From: Clostridiales bacterium
GTDB lineage: Bacteria; Bacillota; Clostridia; Oscillospirales; CAG-272
Reading direction: 5' to 3'
DNA: 64,000 nt
NCBI GenBank assembly: GCA_012800735.1
Contig: JAAZIU010000028.1
Location: 3,245-67,244 of the forward strand
A program made the translations under genes and the position numbers. The stretch's first letter is position 1. Each line of letters starts with the position of its first letter. Shown here piece by piece: positions 1 to 9,065 of the stretch. The notes beneath the pieces are model-generated. The model ran no database searches. It saw only the letters and a list, made by a program, of their open reading frames with translations, and was not told where the DNA came from.

Positions 1-882
1 CTTGTCACTACTATTTGTTATTTCACAAAGCCCTGGATTATCTCTCTCCCACAAGAAATAACAAATTCCGCCAGCAATATTCACTCCATCAAAACAATCC
101 TTACTGCTCTCAAAATCAACTAGCTTCCTAATACGACTGTCTGAGAGCATCATCTCTCTGAACTCATTAAGCCCTTTTCCTCCAGCATACCAACGTGCCG
201 GAATAATCATTGACAAATAACGTGGGGCAAGTTTTATGGCTTTTGACACAAAATGATGAAATATTGGTGCCGCACTAACACCATGACCTCCGTCATTAAG
301 CTGATACGGCGGATTCGATATTATCACATCAAACTTCATATTAAAAATCTCCTCGGGCTTTTTTGTATGAATCCACTCATATGCGTGGGTTTCAAGGTCG
401 TCGCTGCGCTTATACTGACTTTCGGCGGCTCCGCAAAAGACGCATCTTCCTTTGTTCCACTTATGCCGCGTCCGCTTAAACCGGATATTCCCCTGCTCGT
501 CGCCGAATTTTGTCACCGAAAACCGGCTGTTCGGGAATTTCGAGCAGTAAACGCTTCTGCGCGACAAAAGGCTTGTAAGCTCGGTTATCGCAATGCCGAA
601 AAGCTGCTTTTGAAAGATATGGTCGATCCGCTCCTGCAGATCCGGGATTATCGGCTCAAGCCCCTTCAAAAGGCGCTTGGCGATTTCGCGGAGAAAAACG
701 CCGGTCTTGCAGGCGGGGTCGAGAAAAGTGGTGTCCGGGCTGCAAAACAGCTCACGGGGCAGCATATCCAGCATGTCGTTTACAACGCCCGGCGGGGTGA
801 ATACCTCGTCGCTTGAAAGATTGGCGAGGCAGGACAGCACGTCCGGGTTATAGACGCTGTTATATAATCCTGTGTCAGTCAT
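1..882 (-). CDS. N6-adenine DNA methyltransferase (Eco57I/TaqI-like); C-terminus lies beyond the window edge
   Basis: Not in the ORF track because there is no stop inside the window. Manual minus-strand translation from ATG 882-880 gives [62 protein letters not shown] (SAM motif I) .. [18 protein letters not shown] (NPPY motif IV, nt ~300-340) .. [16 protein letters not shown], open to nt 1. The start overlaps the stop of the upstream ORF (ATGACTGA). Confidence 0.8.
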   Translation of the reverse strand, partial: MTDTGLYNSVYNPDVLSCLANLSSDEVFTPPGVVNDMLDMLPRELFCSPDTTFLDPACKTGVFLREIAKRLLKGLEPIIPDLQERIDHIFQKQLFGIAITELTSLLSRRSVYCSKFPNSRFSVTKFGDEQGNIRFKRTRHKWNKGRCVFCGAAESQYKRSDDLETHAYEWIHTKKPEEIFNMKFDVIISNPPYQLNDGGHGVSAAPIFHHFVSKAIKLAPRYLSMIIPARWYAGGKGLNEFREMMLSDSRIRKLVDFESSKDCFDGVNIAGGICYFLWERDNPGLCEITNSSDK

Positions 883-1561
883 TATCCCAAAGCCTCCTGT
901 AATGTTTCATTTCCCATTCCTTTTTAAGCGTCGGCTCGGCTTCTTTTTCTTCATCGGCAAACAGCGACAGCTGCTTTGCTTTTTTGGTTTTAGCCGGTTT
1001 TTCCGAAGCCGACAGCAGCTCCGCCATCGTGTAATCCTTTCTCTGCATATTCGCGTTGTTGAAAGGGAGAGTCCATTCGGAAAATACGATGGGTTCGTCG
1101 GTATCCTGCTGCCGCTCGTCGACACACATAAGGGTAAGGGCGTTTCCGCAGACGATGTTCCGCTCAAGGATAAAGCGCGCCGATTTTTTTGTGTCTTCAT
1201 TGCATTCATTTTTGCAGACGTCGGCGTATTCCTTTTCCCATATCTCATAAAGCCGCTCGCGGCAACGCTGCGCGTTGTCGGCGAGGATATCGACGCCGTA
1301 AAGACTGCCTAAGGCAAGCAGCGACTTGCGCTCCCAGTCGAAAGCCAGCTTTCGGTATCTCTTCATTTCCGAGCAGGCGAGCTTTCTTGAGAGTATTTCG
1401 GCGAGGAAGTTGCCGTCACCGCAAGCCGGCTCCAAAAACCGCGAATCTATGCGGTTGCATTCGTTGTCGACAAGATCGCACATCGCCTTGACTTCGCGCT
1501 CAGCGGTGAATACCTCGCCGTGATCGGCGACGCGCCGGCGGGATTTTACCTGTTCGTTCAT
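875..1561 (-). CDS. DNA methyltransferase-like protein (SAM motif I present, catalytic NPPY-type motif absent)
   Basis: 228-aa ORF with [33 protein letters not shown] (motif I), LYGVDIL and NIVCGNAL. No [ND]PP[YFW] motif anywhere. Its stop overlaps the start of the downstream NPPY methyltransferase by 8 nt. Confidence 0.55.
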   Translation of the reverse strand: MNEQVKSRRRVADHGEVFTAEREVKAMCDLVDNECNRIDSRFLEPACGDGNFLAEILSRKLACSEMKRYRKLAFDWERKSLLALGSLYGVDILADNAQRCRERLYEIWEKEYADVCKNECNEDTKKSARFILERNIVCGNALTLMCVDERQQDTDEPIVFSEWTLPFNNANMQRKDYTMAELLSASEKPAKTKKAKQLSLFADEEKEAEPTLKKEWEMKHYRRLWDND

Positions 1562-1651
1562 AATGCGCCGCCCGATTCGTCCGGCAGAGGAGTATGTTTA
1601 TCAATAAGAAATTTATGGTAATTGCTATAAAAAACAGGCATGCGTGTACCT

Positions 1652-1697
1652 CAAAAAAACATAAATAATAACTTAACTTTGGAACGGCGAGTTTTCA
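1652..1697 (-). repeat. Partial copy of the hairpin-train repeat family, abutting the carboxypeptidase stop codon
   Basis: The plus strand reads aaaaaaacataaataataacttaactttggaacggcgagttttcagtga. This aligns to the copies at 34986-35040 and 22283-22316. The TGA stop (1697-1695) lies inside the element's first stem arm. Confidence 0.6.
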
Positions 1698-2984
1698 GTG
1701 AGCTCTTCTATGCGCCGTCACTATAATCGCTATAAACGCCACGACGCCGAAAGCGGCTGCGGCGGCTAATGTCAGGGGGCGGATAAGCAGCTCTTTCAGT
1801 TGATTCAGGCGGTATTTGAATTCGCTGCGGTCGACGTTTGATACCGCAACGAGGTCGGTTGAGCCGATAATCTCTCCCGATGTCCTGTCGTAAACGGTGA
1901 TGACGCCGTTTTTTTGTCCCTTTTCGACGGGGGCTGTCAGTACTTCGTTTTCTACCACGTAGTCGACGCGGACGTCGGTGCTGATGTTAAAGTTGTTCGG
2001 CAGGAAGAGGTCGATATCATCCGCCGGCGCCAGCACGACATAGTCGGCGCCGCTTGCAAGCCGCACAGGCACCTCACAGATAAGGTCGGAGCGGGAGACC
2101 GCCGCCGAGTAGTTGTAACTTCGGTAAGCCCAGTCGAGCAGATCGGAGGCGATGATATAGCTGTAAACATTCTCAGAGTCGGTCGAGGCGCCTAAAATCA
2201 CGCATAAATAGGTAAACGAACCGTCGTCGGACGTCGCGACGAGGGAGGCGCCGCCGCCCATGCTGGAACCGGCGTTTAATCCGGTGACGTCGCGGCGTCG
2301 GTATTTGGCGGTGATGGCGGTCGAGATGAAGTAGTTGCGGTTGCGTATTGTCCGCTCCGGCGCGACGTTCGTCGCCGGCATGACATAGCTTCGCTCTCCG
2401 GCGATGGTTGCGATGATGTCTATCGACGCGGCGTACATCGCTATCCGCGCGGTGTCAGCGGCGGTGGAGTATACGCCCTCTTCGTCGACGCCGGTCGGGT
2501 TCACGTAATTGGTGTTTTCGCAGCCGAGTTCAAGCGCCCGCTCGTTCATCAGGGCGACGAAATCCGGAATTGAGCCGGAGACGGCTTCCGCCAGAACGTT
2601 CGCGGCGTCGTTCGCTCCGCCGATGACCATCGCGCAGAGCAGCGCTTCGACGGTGGTCCTCTCCCCCGCCGAAAGCTCGATATAGTTGCCGACAACGCCC
2701 CTGACAGCGGATGAGGATACGGTAACCGTCGTGTCGAGCGCGCCGGCGAAATGCTCGGCGGTCAGAATTGCCGTCATCAGCTTGACGGTCGAAGCGGGAT
2801 AAAGTCGGGTGTCGGGGTTTTTCGCATAAAGCACCGTCCCCGATTCGAGATGATACATCATGACGGCGCGGGTATACCCGGTATCCGGCGCGTTAGGCGC
2901 TTCAAGATAGGCCGCAAATGACGGCAGAGAGCATAAAAACGCCAAAACCGCCGCGAAAAACAATGAAAAAAGTCTTTTCTTCAT
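1695..2984 (-). CDS. D-alanyl-D-alanine carboxypeptidase (serine peptidase S11, PBP5-like)
   Basis: 429 aa with an N-terminal signal peptide, SxxK active-site motif (PASTVKLMT) and a C-terminal TM anchor. Sits next to murD. Confidence 0.85.
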   Translation of the reverse strand: MKKRLFSLFFAAVLAFLCSLPSFAAYLEAPNAPDTGYTRAVMMYHLESGTVLYAKNPDTRLYPASTVKLMTAILTAEHFAGALDTTVTVSSSAVRGVVGNYIELSAGERTTVEALLCAMVIGGANDAANVLAEAVSGSIPDFVALMNERALELGCENTNYVNPTGVDEEGVYSTAADTARIAMYAASIDIIATIAGERSYVMPATNVAPERTIRNRNYFISTAITAKYRRRDVTGLNAGSSMGGGASLVATSDDGSFTYLCVILGASTDSENVYSYIIASDLLDWAYRSYNYSAAVSRSDLICEVPVRLASGADYVVLAPADDIDLFLPNNFNISTDVRVDYVVENEVLTAPVEKGQKNGVITVYDRTSGEIIGSTDLVAVSNVDRSEFKYRLNQLKELLIRPLTLAAAAAFGVVAFIAIIVTAHRRAH

Positions 2985-3064
2985 AGAGTTGTTGTTTCTT
3001 TATATAAAAATAACGGAAATATCGTTTGATTTTAAAGATAATATATTCGCTCAAAGTCAACCGA

Positions 3065-4495
3065 TTAACCGCCTGTTCGGCGTGTCTGACAAATGAGACT
3101 TCTGAATTTTTCTCCCCGCGCCATGAAGTTCGGGAAAGCGTCGAAGCTGGCGCAGGCGGGGGAAAGGATCACGATGTCGCCGCTTTTTGCAAGCGCCGCA
3201 GCGGCGCGGACGGCTTCGTCGAAGTCGGGAACCGAGTGATATTCAAACGGCCGCTTTGAAAACTCGGCGCCGCGGGTGACGGTCTGCTTTATCTTCTCTC
3301 CGGCGGCTCCGGTGAAGACGACCGCCTTCGCAAGGCGGCAGAGCGGCTCGGAGAGCGGCTCAAACGGAATTTTCTTGTCATATCCGCCCATGATGACTAT
3401 CAGCCGCCGCTCGTCGGGCGATTTTTCCGTTATCGGCGCGCCGGGGAGGCGGTTCGGGTCGTAATCGAAAGACTCAAGCGCGGCTATCGTTCGGGCGGGG
3501 CTGGAGTCGATGCTGCTGTTGTAAAACTTGACCCCGTCCCTTTCGCAGACAAGCTCGATGCGGTGCTCAACTCCGCCGAAGCTGCGGGCGAAGCGGCGTA
3601 TTTCGTCGTCGGGGACGAATCCCTCAAGCGCGGCGATGACGGCCATATAGTTTTCGACGTTGTGATGACCCGGGACGCGGATTTCGTCCGCCGCTAAAAC
3701 AGGCTCGCCTCGGCGGCAGATGTAATTCCGGCCGTCGATGAACTGCTCGCGGACATCGCCGTCTTCTCCGAACAATACGACTTCAACGCCGTCCTGCGCG
3801 TCGTCGGCGAAGCGCCGGGTGATTTCGTTTGCGGCGTTCAGGACAAGGCGGCCGCCGGGGCGCTGGTGGCGGAAGATGTTGGATTTCGCCTGTATATACT
3901 CGTCCATGTCGAGGTGGTAGTCGAGGTGGTTGGGGGTGATGTTTGTTATGACGGCTACATTCGGGCTGCGCTTCATTGTCTGGAGCTGAAAGGAGGAAAG
4001 CTCGACCGCGGCGATGTCGGAAGGGGACATTTCCTCGACTTTCGGGAGCAGCGGCTCGCCGATGTTGCCGCCGAGGAAGACGCGGGGGAATGCCCGCTCA
4101 AGAAGTCTGCCGATGACGGTTGTCGTGGTGGTTTTGCCGTCGGAGCCGGTGACGCCGATTATCGGGCAGGGGCATAGCTCGAAAAAAAGCTCCATTTCCG
4201 AAGTGATGAGGGCGCCGCGCTCTGCCGCCGCCAGAAACTGCGGCTTGTCAAAGCGGATGCCGGGCGCGCGGAAGACGGCTTCGTCAGTAATGCCGTCGAG
4301 ATAAGCCTCTCCGCAGACGACCGTGACCCCGGCTTTTTCCAGCTCTTCCGCCAGCGGCTCAAGCTTGTCGCGGGGCTTTATGTCGCGCGCGGTGACGCGG
4401 ATTCCGCGGTCGGTAAGCCACCCGATGAGCGGGCGGTTTGATATGCCGATCCCGACGACCGACGCCGTCTTAAAGCCGAGGTTTGTGTATTTCAT
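3065..4495 (-). CDS. murD: UDP-N-acetylmuramoylalanine--D-glutamate ligase
   Basis: 476 aa with the Mur ligase P-loop GVTGSDGKTTTTT and an N-terminal Rossmann-like GIGISNRPL typical of MurD. Confidence 0.9.
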   Translation of the reverse strand: MKYTNLGFKTASVVGIGISNRPLIGWLTDRGIRVTARDIKPRDKLEPLAEELEKAGVTVVCGEAYLDGITDEAVFRAPGIRFDKPQFLAAAERGALITSEMELFFELCPCPIIGVTGSDGKTTTTTVIGRLLERAFPRVFLGGNIGEPLLPKVEEMSPSDIAAVELSSFQLQTMKRSPNVAVITNITPNHLDYHLDMDEYIQAKSNIFRHQRPGGRLVLNAANEITRRFADDAQDGVEVVLFGEDGDVREQFIDGRNYICRRGEPVLAADEIRVPGHHNVENYMAVIAALEGFVPDDEIRRFARSFGGVEHRIELVCERDGVKFYNSSIDSSPARTIAALESFDYDPNRLPGAPITEKSPDERRLIVIMGGYDKKIPFEPLSEPLCRLAKAVVFTGAAGEKIKQTVTRGAEFSKRPFEYHSVPDFDEAVRAAAALAKSGDIVILSPACASFDAFPNFMARGEKFRSLICQTRRTGG

Positions 4496-4590
4496 GGATG
4501 TGTTCTCCGTTGAATTTGAGTATAGATATATTATATAATATATTTGAGGTTTTTATTTGAAGAATTGAGGGAATTTACATTTAGTTCATT

Positions 4591-4861
4591 GATTCCGCCA
4601 ACACGGAGTGTTGGCGGAATCGCGAGTTTCGCCTTTGGCGAAATCATCGCTGACTTGCACCTGACGGCGCAAGTCGAGAGTTTCGGCAAAGCCGAAACAT
4701 CTCAAGTCCCAAAGTTAAGTCTTAGCTTATGTTTTTTCTATAGGAAGTGAATAACCGCTATGCGGTTATTCTGCGAGTTTCGACTTCGTCGAAACGTCGC
4801 TGTCCCAAAGCTAAGTCTTTATTTGTGTTTTTTCTAAGGATGATTTTGCTTCGCAAAATCA
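4591..4861 (+). repeat. Composite of hairpin-train repeat modules (two core units plus flanking palindromes)
   Basis: Palindrome gattccgccaac..gttggcggaatc; cores gcgagtttcgcctttggcgaaatcatcgc, gagagtttcggcaaagccgaaacatctc (4676-4703) and gcgagtttcgacttcgtcgaaacgtcgc (4773-4800); tails ccaaagttaagtct..gttttttcta. Segment 4731-4840 recurs almost identically at 6509-6618. Confidence 0.8.
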
Positions 4862-4950
4862 TTTAATCCGTTATCCCGATAATGTTGACAAACCCCGCCG
4901 ATGGTGCTATAATTACGGCAGGAAAAACATTGCCGAAACGAGATGATAAA

Positions 4951-6432
4951 ATGAAAAAAATATATCGCATTTCAGCGGCGCTGCTTGCCGCGACAGTTGC
5001 TTTTTCCGCGGGCGCCGTACTTGTCGGCTGCGGAGATGAAACCGGCGGGGCGGACGTTACCGCCGCCCCGGAAGTAACCGATATCGCCGAAACGGCCGCC
5101 GAACCCGAAACCACGGCGATGACCGAGCCGGAATTGCCCCCGGCCGATTTCGAAGGATATGAGTTCCGATTCGTCCTCCAGAACGACGGCTACGGCGAGT
5201 GGAAGGGTCGGGAACTCGGCGAGGGGGAGCAGACCGGCGACACGCTGAACGACGCCCTTTACGAGCGCGACCTTAAAGTCAGCGAGCTTTACAGCGTTTC
5301 GCTCAAACCGCTGTTCACCGGGGACCTCGTCCGGCTCTTAAAAAACACCGTTACAGCCGGGGACAACGCCTGCGACGCGCTGTTCATCCAGGCGCCTCAG
5401 CTAACCTCTCCCGCCATGAACGGGCTTTTGTTCGACATAAAACAACTGCCGGGGCTCGACCTTGAAAATCCCTGGTGGGACGCTTACGCTGCGAAGACGC
5501 TTTCGATCGGCGGGCGGCTGTTCTTCACCTACGGCGACATGAACATCTGCGACAAGGACCTCACCTGGCTCGTCATGTTCAACAAAAAAATCGCCGAGTC
5601 ATACGGCGTCGGGAATCTTTACGCCGAGGTTGCGGACGGAAAGTGGACTTTCGACCTCTTCCGCGGCAAGTGCGCCGGCGTTTATAACGACCTCAACGGC
5701 GACGGGGTTGTGAACGACGACGACCTGTTCGGGCTTGTCACTCCGTATGACCGCACTATGCTCGCTTTCCTCTACTCCTGCGGCGTCGAAACGATAAAAA
5801 AGGACGACGGCGACCTGCCGGTCTACGCGATGGATTCGCCGAAACTTGCGGAGGTATTTTCCCGGGTGCTGAGCCTTTATTTCGACGGCGGCTGCGCGCT
5901 GGATGTCATGCGTGTCAGCGGCTACTGGCGGCGCACCGAGACGATGTTCTCGTCGAATCAGATACTCTTTTACGTCGAGTGTATGCAGAACGTCGAGCGG
6001 ATGCGGGCGATGCAGGACGACTTCGGCATTCTTCCGGTGCCGAAATACGATGAAGCCCAGGGCGAATATATCAACATGGTCTGCGACTTTGCGACCGCTG
6101 TCTGCGTTCCGGCGTCGGCTCCCGATCCCGACAGGACCGGCGCGGTGCTTGAAGCGATGAACGCCTATTCGAAGATGCTTGTCATGCCGGCTTATTACGA
6201 GGTTTCGCTCAAGACGAAATACGCCCGCGACAACGACTCCGCCGAGATGATAGACCTTATCTTCGGCCGCAGATATTTCGACCTCGCATATATCTACCAG
6301 TGGGGCGGCAGCATCGGCGCCGTCATGAAGCTCGCCGGCAAGGGCGATGAAAACGTCGTGTCGAAGCTGGAATCGCTGAGGGAGAAAACGGAAACGGCGA
6401 TACAGAAGACGGTAGAAGCCTATATTGGCTAA
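4951..6432 (+). CDS. Lipoprotein, family-1 solute-binding-protein-like (paralog 1 of 10)
   Basis: Signal peptide plus lipobox (AVLVGCGDE) and a T/E/A-rich linker. Family landmarks: NPWWDAY, DLNGDGVVNDDDLFG, FGILPVPKYDEAQ. Start moved to ATG 4951 (MKKIYRIS), downstream of the ORF-track start. Confidence 0.8.
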   Translation: MKKIYRISAALLAATVAFSAGAVLVGCGDETGGADVTAAPEVTDIAETAAEPETTAMTEPELPPADFEGYEFRFVLQNDGYGEWKGRELGEGEQTGDTLNDALYERDLKVSELYSVSLKPLFTGDLVRLLKNTVTAGDNACDALFIQAPQLTSPAMNGLLFDIKQLPGLDLENPWWDAYAAKTLSIGGRLFFTYGDMNICDKDLTWLVMFNKKIAESYGVGNLYAEVADGKWTFDLFRGKCAGVYNDLNGDGVVNDDDLFGLVTPYDRTMLAFLYSCGVETIKKDDGDLPVYAMDSPKLAEVFSRVLSLYFDGGCALDVMRVSGYWRRTETMFSSNQILFYVECMQNVERMRAMQDDFGILPVPKYDEAQGEYINMVCDFATAVCVPASAPDPDRTGAVLEAMNAYSKMLVMPAYYEVSLKTKYARDNDSAEMIDLIFGRRYFDLAYIYQWGGSIGAVMKLAGKGDENVVSKLESLREKTETAIQKTVEAYIG

Positions 6433-6640
6433 TCGTTCCGCAGGAGCGATTAGCCGAGAGTTTTACCTTTGGCAAAACTCTCCGTTCCGAAGTTCAGTTA
6501 TTATCTGTGTTTTTTCTATAGGAAGTGAATAACCGCTATGCGGTTATTCTGCGAGTTTCGACTTCGTCGAAACGTCGCTGTCCCAAAGCTAAGTTTTTAT
6601 TTGTGTTTTTTCTAAGGAAGATTTTGCCATCAGCAAAATC
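6427..6640 (+). repeat. Composite of hairpin-train repeat modules; the first palindrome contains the stop codon of the upstream gene
   Basis: ggcTAAtcgttcc-gca-ggagcgattagcc (6427-6455), then gagagttttacctttggcaaaactctc, ccgaagttcagt..gttttttcta, then a near-identical copy of 4731-4840. Confidence 0.8.
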
Positions 6641-6651
6641 AATTAATTAAA

Positions 6652-6676
6652 ATATCCCCCGATTGCTCGGGGGATT
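6652..6676 (-). terminator. Hairpin downstream of rnpB
   Basis: The minus strand reads aatcccccgagcaatcgggggatatttt, a 7-bp GC stem followed by a T-rich tract. Confidence 0.6.
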
Positions 6677-6679
6677 ACT

Positions 6680-7045
6680 TATTAGGGAAACTTGTAAGCC
6701 GGGTTCTGTGCTTCTTGCGAAGCGGGAACCATCTATCTTGACAGACGCGTTGCCGCGCCGTTCTGTGCCACCCGCGGGGACGGGCCGGGCAAGCCTCTTG
6801 CCCCGCCTGCGGTGTTGCTTCGGATAGGGTTTACCGCGCCTCCCGGTTACCCGGGCGACGGGTGAGCTCTTACCTCACCGTTTCAGCCTTACCTCAAAAA
6901 GAGGCGGTTTGCTTTCTGTTGCACTTTCCCTGGGGTTTCCCCCGGCGGACGTTATCCGTTATCCTTGCCCTTCGAAGCCCGGACTTTCCTCACGGCAATA
7001 CCTTTCGGCAACATGCCGCGCGGCTCCCCCGTCTCCCATAAGTAA
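6680..7045 (-). ncRNA. rnpB: RNase P RNA (bacterial type A)
   Basis: The minus strand contains the universal GAGGAAAGTCCGGGC (complement of 6978-6992), GAAACGGTGAGGTAAGAGCTCACC, and a 3' ACAGAACCCGGCTTAC. The 5' acttatgggagac can pair with the 3' gtttccctaataagt (P1). Ends are approximate. ORF 6909-7178 is spurious. Confidence 0.88.
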
Positions 7046-7084
7046 GCAATATTATTATAACATAAATAGTGTTAATATTTCAAT

Positions 7085-7201
7085 GAATATCTGCTCAATA
7101 AGAGCAGATATTCGAGAGTTTCGACTACATCGAAACATCTCCGCCCCAAAGTCAAGTCTTTACCTATGTTTTTTCTGATGTAGGTTTTGCAAAGCAAAAC
7201 C
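7085..7201 (+). repeat. Hairpin-train repeat unit
   Basis: gaatatctgctc-aataa-gagcagatattc, then gagagtttcgactacatcgaaacatctc, then cgccccaaagtcaagtctttacctatgttttttct, then ggttttgcaaagcaaaacc. Confidence 0.8.
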
Positions 7202-7236
7202 AATTTATCCGGATGAGCTTTATGAAAGTCGGAGAC

Positions 7237-8715
7237 TCACAAATTCTCATAGCTCTCCAGCAATTTCTCCAGGTCCCCGCCAATCTTGTTCGCTATCTTC
7301 TCAAATTCGGTTACCGGGGATTTTGTCGACATCGCGACTTCGTTGAATTTGCCGTTCATGCCGCCTAATTGCAGCAGCAGTCCTAAATCGAAGGTCATGT
7401 TGTCGGTGAGGATTTTCAGCATCTCGACGGATTCTTCGTCGCGGGTAACTTTGCCCTGGATGTTTATCTCGTAATAGGCGGGCTTGAGGTCTCTGTACGA
7501 ATACGCACCGAGCATCTCGAGGATGGGGCCGTTCTCGGCGTAAGCTGCGTTTGAAACCGGCACGAACATTATCGCGGCGCCGCAGTAGCAGGTGCTCAGA
7601 TAATCCGGCTGGCTTTCATCGAACATCGGCATCGGAAGTATCCCGAAGTCGGCGTCCATCGCGCGGAGACCCCTGACTTCGCCCAGAACGTCGACGAAAA
7701 ACAGCGCGTGGTTCGAGGTGAAGGCGCCGATATAACCGTTGTTGTAACTTTCGTTGCCGGGGGTGTCGTAGCCGATATATTTTGCTTTGTCGGAGAAAAT
7801 CGTCTGCATCTTTTCGGCTATCGAAACGACGCGTTCGGAAAGTCCGTCATAGGTCACCGAATCGCCGCTTCTTTCGATAAAGCTGCCGCCGGCGCCCAAA
7901 ACAAAATAGCAGAGGGTAATAGTCGATGCGTCAATGCCGAAAAGGTCGTTTGCCGAGTTCATCGCGCCGTCTCCGTCGAGGTCGATGTTGACGGAGGAGG
8001 CGATTTCGAACATACGGTCAAGCGTCCACTTTTTGTCGCGGACGGTCTTGTATAAATCCTCAATGCCGTAATTCTTCGCGACGGTTTTGTTGAAACAGGG
8101 CGCTATCACCGACTCGTAATAATGCAGGTGCATCGGCGAATAGGTGTAAAATAGCCTGTCGCTTATCTGATAGAGTTCCACCGCATTCTGCTCCCACCAG
8201 GGGTTAGACCACTCGACGCCGGGGATTTCCAGCAGGTTGAGCATATATCCGCCGGCGGCGCTTTTGCCGGAAATTCCCGCTTCCGAGAACATCAAATCAA
8301 ACATATCGTCGCCGGACGCGGCGTTCTTGCGCAGCATGTTGTCGACCGCGCCGTAATCGCCGTCCGCGCCCTTGGTATTGATTATCCTGACGTTGAGCTT
8401 CTCTTCGACCGCGCGGTTTCGGTTGTAGATGGTGTCTTCGATAAGCTCTCCGGACATCGTGTCGAAGTCGAAGGCGGTGATTGCGTAGTTGGAAAACGCC
8501 GTCATCACGCGGAATTCATATCCGCCGTAGTCTTTTACGGCGAGGGCGTCAAAAAGCTGCTGTTCGGGGGAGACGGTCGTTTCTTCTTCCTCGGCGGTTG
8601 TGTCATCGCCCCGATCCGCCGGCGTCGGAGCCGAGCCGCAGGAAATTAGAGCGCCCGCCACGACGCCTGACAAGAGCAGCAGGGCAAGCGTCAGAGATAA
8701 AATATTCTTTTTCAT
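7237..8715 (-). CDS. Lipoprotein, family-1 solute-binding-protein-like (paralog 2 of 10)
   Basis: Lipobox GALISCGSA; SNPWWEQN, DLDGDGAMNSANDLFG, FGILPMPMFDESQ. Confidence 0.8.
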   Translation of the reverse strand: MKKNILSLTLALLLLSGVVAGALISCGSAPTPADRGDDTTAEEEETTVSPEQQLFDALAVKDYGGYEFRVMTAFSNYAITAFDFDTMSGELIEDTIYNRNRAVEEKLNVRIINTKGADGDYGAVDNMLRKNAASGDDMFDLMFSEAGISGKSAAGGYMLNLLEIPGVEWSNPWWEQNAVELYQISDRLFYTYSPMHLHYYESVIAPCFNKTVAKNYGIEDLYKTVRDKKWTLDRMFEIASSVNIDLDGDGAMNSANDLFGIDASTITLCYFVLGAGGSFIERSGDSVTYDGLSERVVSIAEKMQTIFSDKAKYIGYDTPGNESYNNGYIGAFTSNHALFFVDVLGEVRGLRAMDADFGILPMPMFDESQPDYLSTCYCGAAIMFVPVSNAAYAENGPILEMLGAYSYRDLKPAYYEINIQGKVTRDEESVEMLKILTDNMTFDLGLLLQLGGMNGKFNEVAMSTKSPVTEFEKIANKIGGDLEKLLESYENL

Positions 8716-8799
8716 GACATTTCCTCATAATTATAAAGACATAATGTATTTTTATTCTCTATTATTATGATTATATCATTTTTAATGGGGTTTGTCAAT

Positions 8800-9065
8800 G
8801 AATAATGTCGGTGCTTTCGCGCCGACATTATTCGAGAGTTTTGGCTTCGCCAAAACGTCTCCGTTCCAAAGTCAAGTTTTTACAGGTGTTTTTTCTAATG
8901 TAGGTTTTGGCTTTGCCAAAACCAATAATCAAGTGGTGCTTTCGCGCCGACATTATTCGCGAGTTTCGCCTTCGGCGAAACGTCGCTCGCCCCTGAACAG
9001 CGCGAAGCGCTGTTCGCGAATATTGCCAGCGGCAATATATCGCCGCTGGATAGTTAAGTTTTTAC
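8800..9065 (+). repeat. Composite of hairpin-train repeat modules
   Basis: gaataatgtcggtg-ctttcg-cgccgacattattc, then gagagttttggcttcgccaaaacgtctc (8834-8861), then ccaaagtcaagttttta..gttttttcta. A second unit has gcgagtttcgccttcggcgaaacgtcgc plus two more palindromes. Confidence 0.8.

Noticed and set aside
253-816. 187-aa plus-strand ORF
   Set aside because: It is antisense to the clearly motif-bearing NPPY methyltransferase on the minus strand, and its own translation has no recognisable features.
4544-4750. Short ORFs across repeat composites (also 8792-9166, 6909-7178, 34920-35108, 49535-49859)
   Set aside because: They run through palindromic repeat modules or through rnpB. The frames differ between copies of the same repeat, so they are not conserved as coding sequence.
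4591-9065. Possibility that the repeated hairpins are a CRISPR array
   Set aside because: Repeat units are heterogeneous and irregularly spaced, occur in both orientations, and are scattered over the window. There are no uniform spacers and no cas genes.
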